Source: Eledone cirrhosa (Eukaryota). Taken from it: DNA of 64,000 nucleotides. A model generated the notes under the pieces. The model saw only the letters and a list, made by a program, of their open reading frames with translations. It searched no databases and was not told where the DNA came from. Where the stretch lies: the NCBI GenBank assembly GCA_964016885.1, contig OZ024744.1, positions 128,154,001 through 128,218,000 of the forward strand, in the 5' to 3' direction. Every line of letters starts with the position of its first letter. Position 1 is the first letter of the stretch. A program made the position numbers and the translations under genes. Shown piece by piece: positions 34,101-47,000 of this stretch.

Positions 34101-37100
34101 GGGTTATGTTAAGTCGGGGTTAAGTTAAGTTGGGGGTAACTTAAGTTGGGGTTGAGTTAATTTGGGGGTAAGTTAAGTTGGGGTTAAGTTAAGTTGGGGG
34201 TAAGTTAAGTTGAGGGTAAGTTAAGTTGGGGTTAAGTTAAGTTGGGGTTAAATTAAGTTGAGGTTAAGTTAAGTTGGGGTTAAGTTAAGTTGGGGGTAAG
34301 ATAAGTTGGGGGTAAGATAAGTTGGGGCTAAGTTAACTTGGGGCTAAGTCAAGTTGGGGTTAATTCAAGTTGAGGTTAACTTAAGTTGGGGTTAAGTTAA
34401 GTTGGGGTTAAGTTAAGTTGGGGTTAAGGTAAGTTGGGGTTATGTTAAGTTGGGGCTAAGTTAAGTTGGGGCTAAGTTAAGTTGGGGCTGAGTTAAGTTG
34501 GGGTTAAGTTAAGTTGGGGTTGAGTTAAGTTGGGGTTAAGTTAAGTTGGGATTAAGTTAAGTTGGGGTTAAGTTAAGTTCGGCTTGAGTTAAGTTGGGGT
34601 TAAGTTAAGTTGGGGTTAATTTAAGTTGGGGTTAAGTTAAGTTGGGGTTAAGATAAGTTGGGGTTAAGTTAAGTTGGGGTTAAGTTAAGTTGGGGTTGAG
34701 TTAATTTGGGGTTAAGTTAAGTTGGGGTTAACTTAAGTTGGGGTTAAGTTGGGGTTAAGTTAAGTTGGGGGTAGGTTAAGTTGGGGGCAAGTTAAGTTGG
34801 GGTTAAGTTAAGTTGGGGTTAAGTTAAGTTGGGGGTAAGTTAAGTCGGGGTTAAGTTAAGTTGGGGTTAATTTAAGTTGAGGTTAAGTTAAGTTGGGGTT
34901 AAGGTAAGTTGGGGTTAAGTTAATTTGCGGTTAAGTTAGGTTGTGGGTTAAGTTAAGTTGGGGTTAAGTTAAGCTGGGGTTAAGTTGGGGTAAGTTAAGT
35001 TGGGGGTAAGTTAAGTTGGGGTTAAGTTAAGTTGGGGTTAAGTTAAGTTGGGGTTAAGTTAAGTTGGGGTTAAGTTAAGTTGGGGTTGAGTTAAGTTGGG
35101 GTTGAGTTAAGTTGGGGTTAAGTTAAGTTGGGGTTAAGTTAAGTTGGGGTTAAGTTAAGTTGGGGTTAAGTTAAGCTGGGGTTAAGTTGGGGTAAGTTAA
35201 GTTGGGGGTAAGTTAAGTTGGGGTTAAGTTAAGTTGGGGTTAAGGTAAGTTGGGGTTATGTTAAGTTGGGGCTAAGTTAAGTTGGGGCTAAATCAAGTTG
35301 GGGTTAAGTCAAGTTGAGGTTAACTTAAGTTGGGGCTAAGTTAAGTTGGGGTTAAGTTAAGTTGGGGTTAAGTTAAGTTGGGGTTAAGGTAAGTTGGGGT
35401 TATGTTAAGTTGGGGCTAAGTTAAGTTGGGGCTAAGTTAAGTTGGGGCTGAGTTAAGTTGGGGTTAAGTTAAGTTGGGGTTGAGTTAAGTTGGGGTTAAG
35501 TTAAGTTGGGATTAAGTTAAGTTGGGGTTAAGTTAAGTTGGGGTTAAGATAAGTTGGGGTTAAGTTAAGTTGGGGTTAAGTTAAGTTGGGGTTGAGTTAA
35601 TTTGGGGTTAAGTTAAGTTGGGGTTAACTTAAGTTGGGGTTAAGTTGGGGTTAAGTTAAGTTGGGGGTAGGTTAAGTTGGGGGCAAGTTAAGTTGGGGTT
35701 AAGTTAAGTTGGGGTTAAGTTAAGTTGGGTTTAAGTTAAGTTGGGGCTAAGTTAAGTTGGGGCTAAGTTAAGTTGGGGCTGAGTTAAGTTGGGTGTAAGT
35801 CAAGTTGGGGTTAAGTCAAGTTGCGGTTAAGTCAAGTTGCGGTTAAGTCAAGTTGGGGTTAAGTCAAGTTGGGGTTAAGTTAAGTTGGGGTTAAGTTAAG
35901 TTGGGGTTAAGTTAAGTTGGGGTCAAGTTAAGTTGGGGTTAAGTTAAGTTAGGATTAATTTCAGTTGGGGTTATGTTAAGTTGGGGTTAAGTTAAGTTGG
36001 GGTTAATTTAAAGTTGGGGTTAAGTTAAGTTGGGGTAAAGTTAAGTTAGGGTTAAGTTAAGTTGGGGTTAAGTTAAGTTGGGGTTAAATTAAGTTGGGGT
36101 TAAGTTAAGTTGGGGTTAATTTAAGTTGGGGTTAAGTTAAGTTGGGGTTATGTTAAGTTGGGGTTAAGTTAAATTGGGGTTAAGTTAAGTTGGGGGTAAG
36201 TTAAGTTGGGGTTAAGTTAAGTTGGGGGTAAGTTAAGTTGAGGGTAAGTTAAGTTGGGGTTAAGTTAAGTTGGGGTTAAATTAAGTTGAGGTTAAGTTAA
36301 GTTGGGGTTAAGTTAAGTTGGGGGTAAGATAAGTTGGGGGTAAGATAAGTTGGGGCTAAGTTAAGTTGGGGCTAAGTCAAGTTGGGGTTAATTCAAGTTG
36401 AGGTTAACTTAAGTTGGGGTTAAGTTAAGTTGGGGTTAAGTTAAGTTGGGGTTAAGGTAAGTTGGGGTTATGTTAAGTTGGGGCTATGTTAAGTTGGGGC
36501 TAAGTTAAGTTGGGGCTGAGTTAAGTTGGGGTTAAGTTAAGTTGGGGTTGAGTTAAGTTGGGGTTAAGTTAAGTTGGGATTAAGTTAAGTTGGGGTTAAG
36601 TTAAGTTCGGCTTGAGTTAAGTTGGGGTTAAGTTAAGTTGGGGTTAATTTAAGTTGGGGTTAAGTTAAGTTGGGGTTAAGATAAGTTGGGGTTAAGTTAA
36701 GTTGGGGTTAAGTTAAGTTGGGGTTGAGTTAATTTGGGGTTAAGTTGGGGTTGAGTTAAGTTGGGGGTAGGTTAAGTTGGGGGCAAGTTTAGTTGGGGTT
36801 AAGTTAAGTTGGGGTTACGTTAAGTTGGGCGTAAGTTAAGTCGGGGTTAAGTTAAGTTGGGGTTAAGTTAAGTTGGGTTTAAGTTAAGTTGGGGCTAAGT
36901 TAAGTTGGAGCTAAGTTAAGTTGGGGCTGAGTTAAGTTGGGGGTAAGTTAAGTTGGGGTTAAGTTAAGTTGGGGTTCAGTTCAGTTGGGGTTAAGTTAAG
37001 TTGGGGTTAAGTTAAGCTGGGGTTAAGTTAAGTTGGGGTTAAGTTAAGTTGGGGTTAAGTTAAGTTGGGGTTAAGTTAAGTTGGGGTTGAGTTAAGTTGG

Positions 37101-40100
37101 GGTTGAGTTAAGTTGGGGTTAAGTTAAGTTGGGGTTAAGTTAAGTTGGGGTTAAGTTAAGTTGGGGTTAAGTTAAGTTGGGGGTAAGTTAAGTTGGGGGC
37201 AAGTTAAGTTGGGGTTAAGTTAAGTTGGGGTTAAGTTAAGTTGGGGTTAAGTTAAGTTAGGGTTAATTTCAGTTGGGGTTATGTTAAGTTGGGGTTAAGT
37301 TAAGTTGGGGTTAAGTTAAAGTTGGGGTTAAGTTAAGTTGGGGTAAAGTTAAGTTAGGGTTAAGTTAAGTTGGGGTTAAGTTAAGTTGGGGTTAAATTAA
37401 GTTGGGGTTAAGTTAAGTTGGGGTTAAGTTAAGTTGGGGTTAAATTAAGTTGGGGTTCAGTTAAGTTGGGGTTAAATTAAGTTGGGGTTAAGTTAAGTTG
37501 GGGTTAGTTAAGTTGGGGTTAAGTTAAGTTGGGGTTAAGTTAAGTTGGGGTTAAGTTAAGTTGGGGTTAAATTAAGTTGGGGTTAAGTTAAGTTGGGGTT
37601 AAGTTAAGTTGGGGTTAAGTTAAGTTAGGGTTAATTTCAGTTGGGGTTATGTTAAGTTGGGGTTAAGTTAAGTTGGGGTTAAGTTAAAGTTGGGGTTAAG
37701 TTAAGTTGGCGTAAAGTTAAGTTAGGGTTAAGTTAAGTTGGGGTTAAGTTAAGTTGGGGTTAAATTAAGTTGGGGTTAAGTTAAGTTGGGGTTAAGTTAA
37801 GTTGGGGTTAAATTAAGTTGGGGTTCAGTTAAGTTGGGGTTAAATTAAGTTGGGGTTAAGTTAAGTTGGGGTTAGTTAAGTTGGGGTTAAGTTAAGTTGG
37901 CGTTAAGTTAAGTTGGGGTTAAGTTAAGTTGGCGTTAATTTAAGTTGGGGTTAAGTTAAGTTGGGGTTAAGTTAAGTTGGGGTTAAGTTAAGTTGGGGTT
38001 AATTTAAGTTGGGGTTAAGTTAAGTTGGGGTTAAGTTAAGTTGGAGTTAAGTCAAGTTGGTGTTAAGTCAAGTTGGGGTTAAGTCAAGTTGGGGTTAAGT
38101 CAAGTTGGGGTTAAGTTAAGTTGGGGTTAAGTTAAGTTGGGGTTAAGTTAAGTTGGGGGTAAGTTAAGTTGGGTGTAAGTTAAGTTGGGGTAAGTTAAGT
38201 TGGGGTTCAGTTCAGTTGGGGTTAAGTTAAGTTGGGGTTAAGTTAAGCTGGGGGTAAGTTAAGTTGGGGTTAAGTTAAGTTGGGGTTAAGTTAAGTTGGG
38301 GTTAAGTTAAGTTGGGGTTCAGTTAAGTTGGGGTTAAGTTAATTTGGGGCTGAGTTAAGTTGGGGTTAAGTTAAGTTCGGGTTGAGTTAAGTTGGGGTTA
38401 AGTTAAGTTGGGGTTAAGTTAAGTTGGGGTTAAGTTAAGTTGGGGTTAAGATAAGTTGGGGTTAAGTTAAGTTGGGGTTAATTTAAGTTGGGGTTGAGTT
38501 AATTTGGGTTTAAGTTAAGTTGGCCTTAACTTAAGTTGGGGTTAAGTTAAGTTGGGGTTAAGTTAAGTTGGGGGTAAGTTAAGTTGGGGGCAAGTTAAGT
38601 TGGGGTTAATTTAAGTTGGGGTTAAGTTAAGTTGGGGTTAAGTTAAGTTGGGGGTAACTTAAGTTGGGGTTAAGTTAAGTTGAGGGTAAGTTAAGTTGAG
38701 GTTAAGTTAAGTTGGGGTTAAGTTAAGTTGGGGGTAAGTTAAGTTGGGGGTAAGTTAAGTTGGGGTTAAGTTAAGTTGGGGTTAAATTAAGTTGAGGTTA
38801 AGTTAATTTGGGGTTAAGTTAAGTTGGGGTTAAGTTAAGTTGGGGGTAAGATAAGTTGGGGCTAAGTTAAGTTGGGGCTAAGTCAAGTTGGGGTTAAGTC
38901 AAGTTGGGGTTAAGTCAAGTTGAGGTTAACTTAAGTTGGGGTTAAGTTAAGTTGGGGTTAAGTTAAGTTGGGGTTAACGTAAGTTGGGGTTAAGTTAAGT
39001 TGGGGCTAAGTTAAGTTGGGGCTAAGTTAAGTTGGGGCTGAGTTAAGTTGGGGTTAAGTTGGGGTTGAGTTAAGTTGGGGTTAAGTTAAGTTGGGATTAA
39101 GTTAAGTTGGGGTTAAGTTAAGTTCGGGTTGAGTTAAGTTGGGGTTAAGTTAAGTCGGGGTTAAGTTAAGTTGGGGTTAAGTTAAGTTGGGTTTAAGTTA
39201 AGTTGGGGCTAAGTTAAGTTGGGGCTAAGTTAAATTGGGGCTGAGTTAAGTTGGGGGTAAGTTAAGTTGGGTGTAAGTTAAGTTGGGGTTAAGTTAAGTT
39301 GGGGTTAAGTTAAGCTAGGGTTAAGTTAAGTTGGGGTTAAGTTAAGTTGGGGTTAAGTTAAGTTGGGGTTGAGTTAAGTTGGGGTTGAGTTAAGTTGGGG
39401 TTAATTTAAGTTGGGGTTAAGTTAAGTTGGGGTTAAGTTAAGTTGGGGTTAAGTTAAGTTGGGGGTAAGTTAAGTTGGGGGCAAGTTAAGTTGGGGTTAA
39501 GTTAAGTTGGGGTTAAGTTAAGTTGGGGTTAAGTTAAGTTAGGGTTAATTTAAGTTGGGGTTATGTTAAGTTGGGGTTAAGTTAAGTTGGGGTTAAGTTA
39601 AGTTGGTGTTAAGTAAAGTTGGGGTTAAGTTAAGTTGTGGGTTAAGTTAAGTTGGGGTTAAGTTAAGTTGGGGTTAAGTTAAGTTGGTGTTAAGTAAAGT
39701 TGGGCTTAAGTTAAGTTGGGTTTGAGTTAAGTTGGGGCTAAGTTAAGTTAGGGCTAAGTTAAGTTGGGGTTAAGTTAAGTTGGGGCTAGGTTAAGTTGGG
39801 TCTAAGTTAAGTTGGGGTTAAGTTAAGTTGGGGTTAAGTTAAGTTGGGGTTAAATTAAGTTGGGGTTAAGTTAAGTTGGGGTTAAGCTAAGTTGGGGTTA
39901 AGTTAATTTGCGGTTAAGTTAGGTTGTGGGTTAAGTTAAGTTGGGGGTAAGTTAAGTTGGGGGTAAGTTAAGTTGGGGTTAATTTAAGTTGGGGTTAAGT
40001 TAAGTTGGGGTTAAGTTAAGTTGGGGTTAAGTTAAGTTGGCGTTAAGTTAACTTGGGGTAAAGTTAAGTTGGGGTTAAGTTAAGTTGGGGTTAAGTTAAG

Positions 40101-43100
40101 TTGGGGTTAAGTCAAGTTGGGGTTAAGTCAAGTTGGGGTTAAGTCAAGTTGGGGTTAAGTTAAGTTGGGGTTAAGTTAAGTTGGGGGTAAGTTAAGTTGG
40201 GTGTAAGTTAAGTTGGGGTTAAGTTAAAATGTGGTTAAGTTCAGTTGGGGTTAAGTTAAGTTGGGGTTAAGTTAAGTTGGGGGTAAGTTAAGTTGGGGGC
40301 AAGTTAAGTTGGGGTTAAGTTAAGTTGGGGTTAAGTTAAGTTGGGGTTAAGTTAAGTTGGGGTCAAGTTAAGTTGGGGTTAAGTTAAGTTAGGATTAATT
40401 TCAGTTGGGGTTATGTTAAGTTGGGGTTAAGTTAAGTTGGGGTTAATTTAAAGTTGGGGTTAAGTTAAGTTGGGGTAAAGTTAAGTTAGGGTTAAGTTAA
40501 GTTGGGGTTAAGTTAAGTTGGGGTTAAATTAAGTTGGGGTTAAGTTAAGTTGGGGTTAAGTTAAGTTGGGGTTAAATTAAGTTGGGGTTCAGTTAAGTTG
40601 GGTTTAAATTAAGTTGGGCTTAAGTTAAGTTGGGGTTAGTTAAGTTGGGGTTAAGTTAAGTTGGGGTTAAGTTAAGTTGGGGTTAAGTTAAATTGGGGTT
40701 AAGTTAAGTTGGGGTTAAGTTAAGTTGGGGTTAATTTAAGTTGGGGTTAAGTTAAGTTGGGGTTAAGTTAAGTTGGAGTTAAGTCAAGTTGGGGTTAAAT
40801 CAAGTTGCGGTTAAGTCAAGTTGCGGTTAAGTCAAGTTGGGGTTAAGTCAAGTTGGGGTTAAGTTAAGTTGGGGTTAAGTTAAGTTGGGGTTAAGTTAAG
40901 TTGGGGTCAAGTTAAGTTGGGGTTAAGTTAAGTTAGGATTAATTTCAGTTGGGGTTATGTTAAGTTGGGGTTAAGTTAAGTTGGGGTTAATTTAAAGTTG
41001 GGGTTAAGTTAAGTTGGGGTAAAGTTAAGTTAGGGTTAAGTTAAGTTGGGGTTAAGTTAAGTTGGGGTTAAATTAAGTTGGGGTTAAGTTAAGTTGGGGT
41101 TAAGTTAAGTTGGGGTTAAATTAAGTTGGGGTTCAGTTAAGTTGGGTTTAAATTAAGTTGGGGTTAAGTTAAGTTGGGGTTAGTTAAGTTGGGGTTAAGT
41201 TAAGTTGGGGTTAAGTTAAGTTGGGGTTAAGTTAAGTTGGGGTTAAGTTAAGTTGGCGTTAAGTTAAGTTGGGGTTAAGTTAAGTTGGGGTTAAATTAAG
41301 TTGGGGTTAAGTTAAGTTGGGGTTAATTTAAGTTGGGGTTAAGTTAAGTTGGGGTTAAGTTAAGTTGGAGTTAAGTCAAGTTGGGGTTAAGTCAAGTTGC
41401 GGTTAAGTCAAGTTGGGGTTAAGTCAAGTTGGGGTTAAGTTAAGTTGGGGTTAAGTTAAGTTGGTGTTAAGTTAAGTTGGGGGTAAGTTAAGTTGGGTGT
41501 AAGTTAAGTTGGGGTTAAGTTAAGTTGGGGTTCAGTTCAGTTGGGGTTAAGTTGGGGTTAAGTTAAGCTGGGGGTAAGTTAAGTTGGGGTTAAGTTAAGT
41601 TGGGGTTAAGTTAAGTTGGGGTTAAGTTAAGTTGGGTTTAAGTTAAGTTGGAGTTAAGTTAAGTTGGAGTTAAGTTAAGTTGGGGTTAAGCTAAGTTGGG
41701 GTTAAGCTAAGTTGGGGTTAAGTTAATTTGGGGCTGAGTTAAGTTGGGGTTAAGTTAAGTTCGGGTTGAGTTAAGTTGGGGTTAAGTTAAGTTGGGGTTA
41801 AGTTAAGTTGGGGTTAAGTTAAGTTGGGGTTAAGATAAGTTGGGGTTAAGTTAAGTTGGGGTTAATTTAAGTTGGGGTTGAGTTAATTTGGGTTTAAGTT
41901 AAGTTGGGCTTAACTTTAGTTGGGGTTAAGTTGGGGTTAAGTTAAGTTGGGGTTAAGTTAAGTTGGGGGTAAGTTAAGTTGGGGGCAAGTTAAGTTGGGG
42001 TTAATTTAAGTTGGGGTTAAGTTAAGTTGGGGTTATGTTAAGTCGGGGTTAAGTTAAGTTGGGGGTAACTTAAGTTGGGGTTGAGTTAATTTGGGGGTAA
42101 GTTAAGTTGGGGTTAAGTTAAGTTGGGGGTAAGTTAAGTTGAGGGTAAGTTAAGTTGGGGTTAAGTTAAGTTGGGGTTAAATTAAGTTGAGGTTAAGTTA
42201 AGTTGGGGTTAAGTTAAGTTGGGGGTAAGATAAGTTGGGGGTAAGATAAGTTGGGGCTAAGTTAACTTGGGGCTAAGTCAAGTTGGGGTTAATTCAAGTT
42301 GAGGTTAACTTAAGTTGGGGTTAAGTTAAGTTGGGGTTAAGTTAAGTTGGGGTTAAGGTAAGTTGGGGTTATGTTAAGTTGGGGCTAAGTTAAGTTGGGG
42401 CTAAGTTAAGTTGGGGCTGAGTTAAGTTGGGGTTAAGTTAAGTTGGGGTTGAGTTAAGTTGGGGTTAAGTTAAGTTGGGATTAAGTTAAGTTGGGGTTAA
42501 GTTAAGTTCGGCTTGAGTTAAGTTGGGGTTAAGTTAAGTTGGGGTTAATTTAAGTTGGGGTTAAGTTAAGTTGGGGTTAAGATAAGTTGGGGTTAAGTTA
42601 AGTTGGGGTTAAGTTAAGTTGGGGTTGAGTTAATTTGGGGTTAAGTTAAGTTGGGGTTAACTTAAGTTGGGGTTAAGTTGGGGTTAAGTTAAGTTGGGGG
42701 TAGGTTAAGTTGGGGGCAAGTTAAGTTGGGGTTAAGTTAAGTTGGGGTTAAGTTAAGTTGGGGGTAAGTTAAGTCGGGGTTAAGTTAAGTTGGGGTTAAT
42801 TTAAGTTGAGGTTAAGTTAAGTTGGGGTTAAGGTAAGTTGGGGTTAAGTTAATTTGCGGTTAAGTTAGGTTGTGGGTTAAGTTAAGTTGGGGTTAAGTTA
42901 AGCTGGGGTTAAGTTGGGGTAAGTTAAGTTGGGGGTAAGTTAAGTTGGGGTTAAGTTAAGTTGGGGTTAAGTTAAGTTGGGGTTAAGTTAAGTTGGGGTT
43001 AAGTTAAGTTGGGGTTGAGTTAAGTTGGGGTTGAGTTAAGTTGGGGTTAAGTTAAGTTGGGGTTAAGTTAAGTTGGGGTTAAGTTAAGTTGGGGTTAAGT

Positions 43101-44048
43101 TAAGCTGGGGTTAAGTTGGGGTAAGTTAAGTTGGGGGTAAGTTAAGTTGGGGTTAAGTTAAGTTGGGGTTAAGGTAAGTTGGGGTTATGTTAAGTTGGGG
43201 CTAAGTTAAGTTGGGGCTAAATCAAGTTGGGGTTAAGTCAAGTTGAGGTTAACTTAAGTTGGGGCTAAGTTAAGTTGGGGTTAAGTTAAGTTGGGGTTAA
43301 GTTAAGTTGGGGTTAAGGTAAGTTGGGGTTATGTTAAGTTGGGGCTAAGTTAAGTTGGGGCTAAGTTAAGTTGGGGCTGAGTTAAGTTGGGGTTAAGTTA
43401 AGTTGGGGTTGAGTTAAGTTGGGGTTAAGTTAAGTTGGGATTAAGTTAAGTTGGGGTTAAGTTAAGTTGGGGTTAAGATAAGTTGGGGTTAAGTTAAGTT
43501 GGGGTTAAGTTAAGTTGGGGTTGAGTTAATTTGGGGTTAAGTTAAGTTGGGGTTAACTTAAGTTGGGGTTAAGTTGGGGTTAAGTTAAGTTGGGGGTAGG
43601 TTAAGTTGGGGGCAAGTTAAGTTGGGGTTAAGTTAAGTTGGGGTTAAGTTAAGTTGGGTTTAAGTTAAGTTGGGGCTAAGTTAAGTTGGGGCTAAGTTAA
43701 GTTGGGGCTGAGTTAAGTTGGGTGTAAGTCAAGTTGGGGTTAAGTCAAGTTGCGGTTAAGTCAAGTTGCGGTTAAGTCAAGTTGGGGTTAAGTCAAGTTG
43801 GGGTTAAGTTAAGTTGGGGTTAAGTTAAGTTGGGGTTAAGTTAAGTTGGGGTCAAGTTAAGTTGGGGTTAAGTTAAGTTAGGATTAATTTCAGTTGGGGT
43901 TATGTTAAGTTGGGGTTAAGTTAAGTTGGGGTTAATTTAAAGTTGGGGTTAAGTTAAGTTGGGGTAAAGTTAAGTTAGGGTTAAGTTAAGTTGGGGTTAA
44001 GTTAAGTTGGGGTTAAATTAAGTTGGGGTTAAGTTAAGTTGGGGTTAA
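28175..44048 (+). repeat. Recent 7,929-bp near-identical tandem duplication (~28175-36103 vs ~36104-44048)
   Basis: Markers at exactly +7,929: CGGCTT 28679/36608, CAAGTTTAG 28855/36784, GGCC 30593/38522, ATGTGG 32300/40229, AGGATT 32462/40391, 33006/40935 and 35951/43880, CGGCTT 34580/42509. Confidence 0.95.
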
Positions 44049-47000
44049 GTTAAGTTGGGGTTAAATTAAGTTGGGGTTCAGTTAAGTTGGGTTTAAATTA
44101 AGTTGGGGTTAAGTTAAGTTGGGGTTAGTTAAGTTGGGGTTAAGTTAAGTTGGGGTTAAGTTAAGTTGGGGTTAAGTTAAGTTGGGGTTAAGTTAAGTTG
44201 GCGTTAAGTTAAGTTGGGGTTAAGTTAAGTTGGGGTTAAATTAAGTTGGGGTTAAGTTAAGTTGGGGTTAATTTAAGTTGGGGTTAAGTTAAGTTGGGGT
44301 TAAGTTAAGTTGGAGTTAAGTCAAGTTGGGGTTAAGTCAAGTTGCGGTTAAGTCAAGTTGGGGTTAAGTCAAGTTGGGGTTAAGTTAAGTTGGGGTTAAG
44401 TTAAGTTGGGGTTAAGTTAAGTTGGGGGTAAGTTAAGTTGGGTGTAAGTTAAGTTGGGGTTAAGTTAAGTTGGGGTTCAGTTCAGTTGGGGTTAAGTTGG
44501 GGTTAAGTTAAGCTGGGGGTAAGTTAAGTTGGGGTTAAGTTAAGTTGGGGTTAAGTTAAGTTGGGGTTAAGTTAAGTTGGGTTTAAGTTAAGTTGGAGTT
44601 AAGTTAAGTTGGAGTTAAGTTAAGTTGGGGTTAAGCTAAGTTGGGGTTAAGCTAAGTTGGGGTTAAGTTAATTTGGGGCTGAGTTAAGTTGGGGTTAAGT
44701 TAAGTTCGGGTTGAGTTAAGTTGGGGTTAAGTTAAGTTGGGGTTAAGTTAAGTTGGGGTTAAGTTAAGTTGGGGTTAAGATAAGTTGGGGTTAAGTTAAG
44801 TTGGGGTTAATTTAAGTTGGGGTTGAGTTAATTTGGGTTTAAGTTAAGTTGGGCTTAACTTTAGTTGGGGTTAAGTTGGGGTTTAGTTAAGTTGGGGTTT
44901 AGTTAAGTTGGGGGTAAGTTAAGTTGGGGGCAAGTTAAGTTGGGGTTAATTTAAGTTGGGGTTAAGTTAAGTTGGGGTTATGTTAAGTCGGGGTTAAGTT
45001 AAGTTGGGGGTAACTTAAGTTGGGGTTAAGTTAATTTGGGGGTAAGTTAAGTTGGGGTTAAGTTAAGTTGGGGGTAAGTTAAGTTGAGGGTAAGTTAAGT
45101 TGGGGTTAAGTTAAGTTGGGGTTAAATTAAGTTGAGGTTAAGTTAAGTTGGGGTTAAGTTAAGTTGGGGGTAAGATAAGTTGGGGGTAAGATAAGTTGGG
45201 GCTAAGTTAACTTGGGGCTAAGTCAAGTTGGGGTTAATTCAAGTTGAGGTTAACTTAAGTTAGGGTTAAGTTAAGTTGGGGTTAAGTTAAGTTGGGGTTA
45301 AGGTAAGTTGGGGTTATGTTAAGTTGGGGCTAAGTTAAGTTGGGGCTAAGTTAAGTTGGGGCTGAGTTAAGTTGGGGTTAAGTTAAGTTGGGGTTGAGTT
45401 AAGTTGGGGTTAAGTTAAGTTGGGATTAAGTTAAGTTGGGGTTAAGTTAAGTTCGGCTTGAGTTAAGTTGGGGTTAAGTTAAGTTGGGGTTAATTTAAGT
45501 TGGGGTTAAGTTAAGTTGGGGTTAAGATAAGTTGGGGTTAAGTTAAGTTGGGGTTAAGTTAAGTTGGGGTTGAGTTAATTTGGGGTTAAGTTAAGTTGGG
45601 GTTAACTTAAGTTGGGGTTAAGTTGGGGTTAAGTTAAGTTGGGGGTAGGTTAAGTTGGGGGCAAGTTAAGTTGGGGTTAAGTTAAGTTGGGGTTAAGTTA
45701 AGTTGGGGGTAAGTTAAGTCGGGGTTAAGTTAAGTTGGGGTTAATTTAAGTTGAGGTTAAGTTAAGTTGGGGTTAAGGTAAGTTGGGGTTAAGTTAATTT
45801 GCGGTTAAGTTAGGTTGTGGGTTAAGTTAAGTTGGGGTTAACTTAAGCTGGGGTTAAGTTGGGGTAAGTTAAGTTGGGGGTAAGTTAAGTTGGGGTTAAG
45901 TTAAGTTGGGGTTAAGTTAAGTTGGGGTTAAGTTAAGTTGGGGTTAAGTTAAGTTGGGGTTGAGTTAAGTTGGGGTTGAGTTAAGTTGGGGTTAAGTTAA
46001 GTTGGGGTTAAGTTAAGTTGGGGTTAAGTTAAGTTGGGGTTAAGTTAAGCTGGGGTTAAGTTGGGGTAAGTTAAGTTGGGGGTAAGTTAAGTTGGGGTTA
46101 AGTTAAGTTGGGGTTAAGGTAAGTTGGGGTTATGTTAAGTTGGGGCTAAGTTAAGTTGGGGCTAAATCAAGTTGGGGTTAAGTCAAGTTGAGGTTAACTT
46201 AAGTTGGGGCTAAGTTAAGTTGGGGTTAAGTTAAGTTGGGGTTAAGTTAAGTTGGGGTTAAGGTAAGTTGGGGTTATGTTAAGTTGGGGCTAAGTTAAGT
46301 TGGGGCTAAGTTAAGTTGGGGCTGAGTTAAGTTGGGGTTAAGTTAAGTTGGGGTTGAGTTAAGTTGGGGTTAAGTTAAGTTGGGATTAAGTTAAGTTGGG
46401 GTTAAGTTAAGTTGGGGTTAAGATAAGTTGGGGTTAAGTTAAGTTGGGGTTAAGTTAAGTTGGGGTTGAGTTAATTTGGGGTTAAGTTAAGTTGGGGTTA
46501 ACTTAAGTTGGGTTTAAGTTGGGGTTAAGTTAAGTTGGGGGTAGGTTAAGTTGGGGGCAAGTTAAGTTGGGGTTAAGTTAAGTTGGGGTTAAGTTAAGTT
46601 GGGTTTAAGTTAAGTTGGGGCTAAGTTAAGTTGGGGCTAAGTTAAGTTGGGGCTGAGTTAAGTTGGGTGTAAGTTAAGTTGGGGTTCAGTTCAGTTGGGG
46701 TTAAGTTAAGTTGGGGTTAAGTTAAGTTGGGGTTAAGTTAAGTTGGGGTTAAGTTAAGTTGTGGTTGAGTTAAGTTGGGGTTGAGTTAAGTTGGGGTTAA
46801 GTTAAGTTGGGGTTAAGTTAAGTTGGGGTTAAGTTAAGTTGGGGGTAAGTTAAGTTGGGGGTAAGTTAAGTTGGGGGCAAGTTAAGTTGGGGTTAAGTTA
46901 AGTTGGGGTTAAGTTAAGTTGGGGTTAAGTTAAGTTAGGGTTAATTTCAGTTGGGGTTAAGTTAAGTTGGGGTTAAGTTAAGTTAGGGTTAATTTAAGTT

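Noticed and set aside
38401-39150. Exact 38,400-bp (2,400 x 16) offset to the window start as a fundamental period
   Set aside because: The match breaks after about 750 bp at the 176-bp deletion. The offset is simply 1,658 + 28,813 + 7,929, so the round number appears coincidental.
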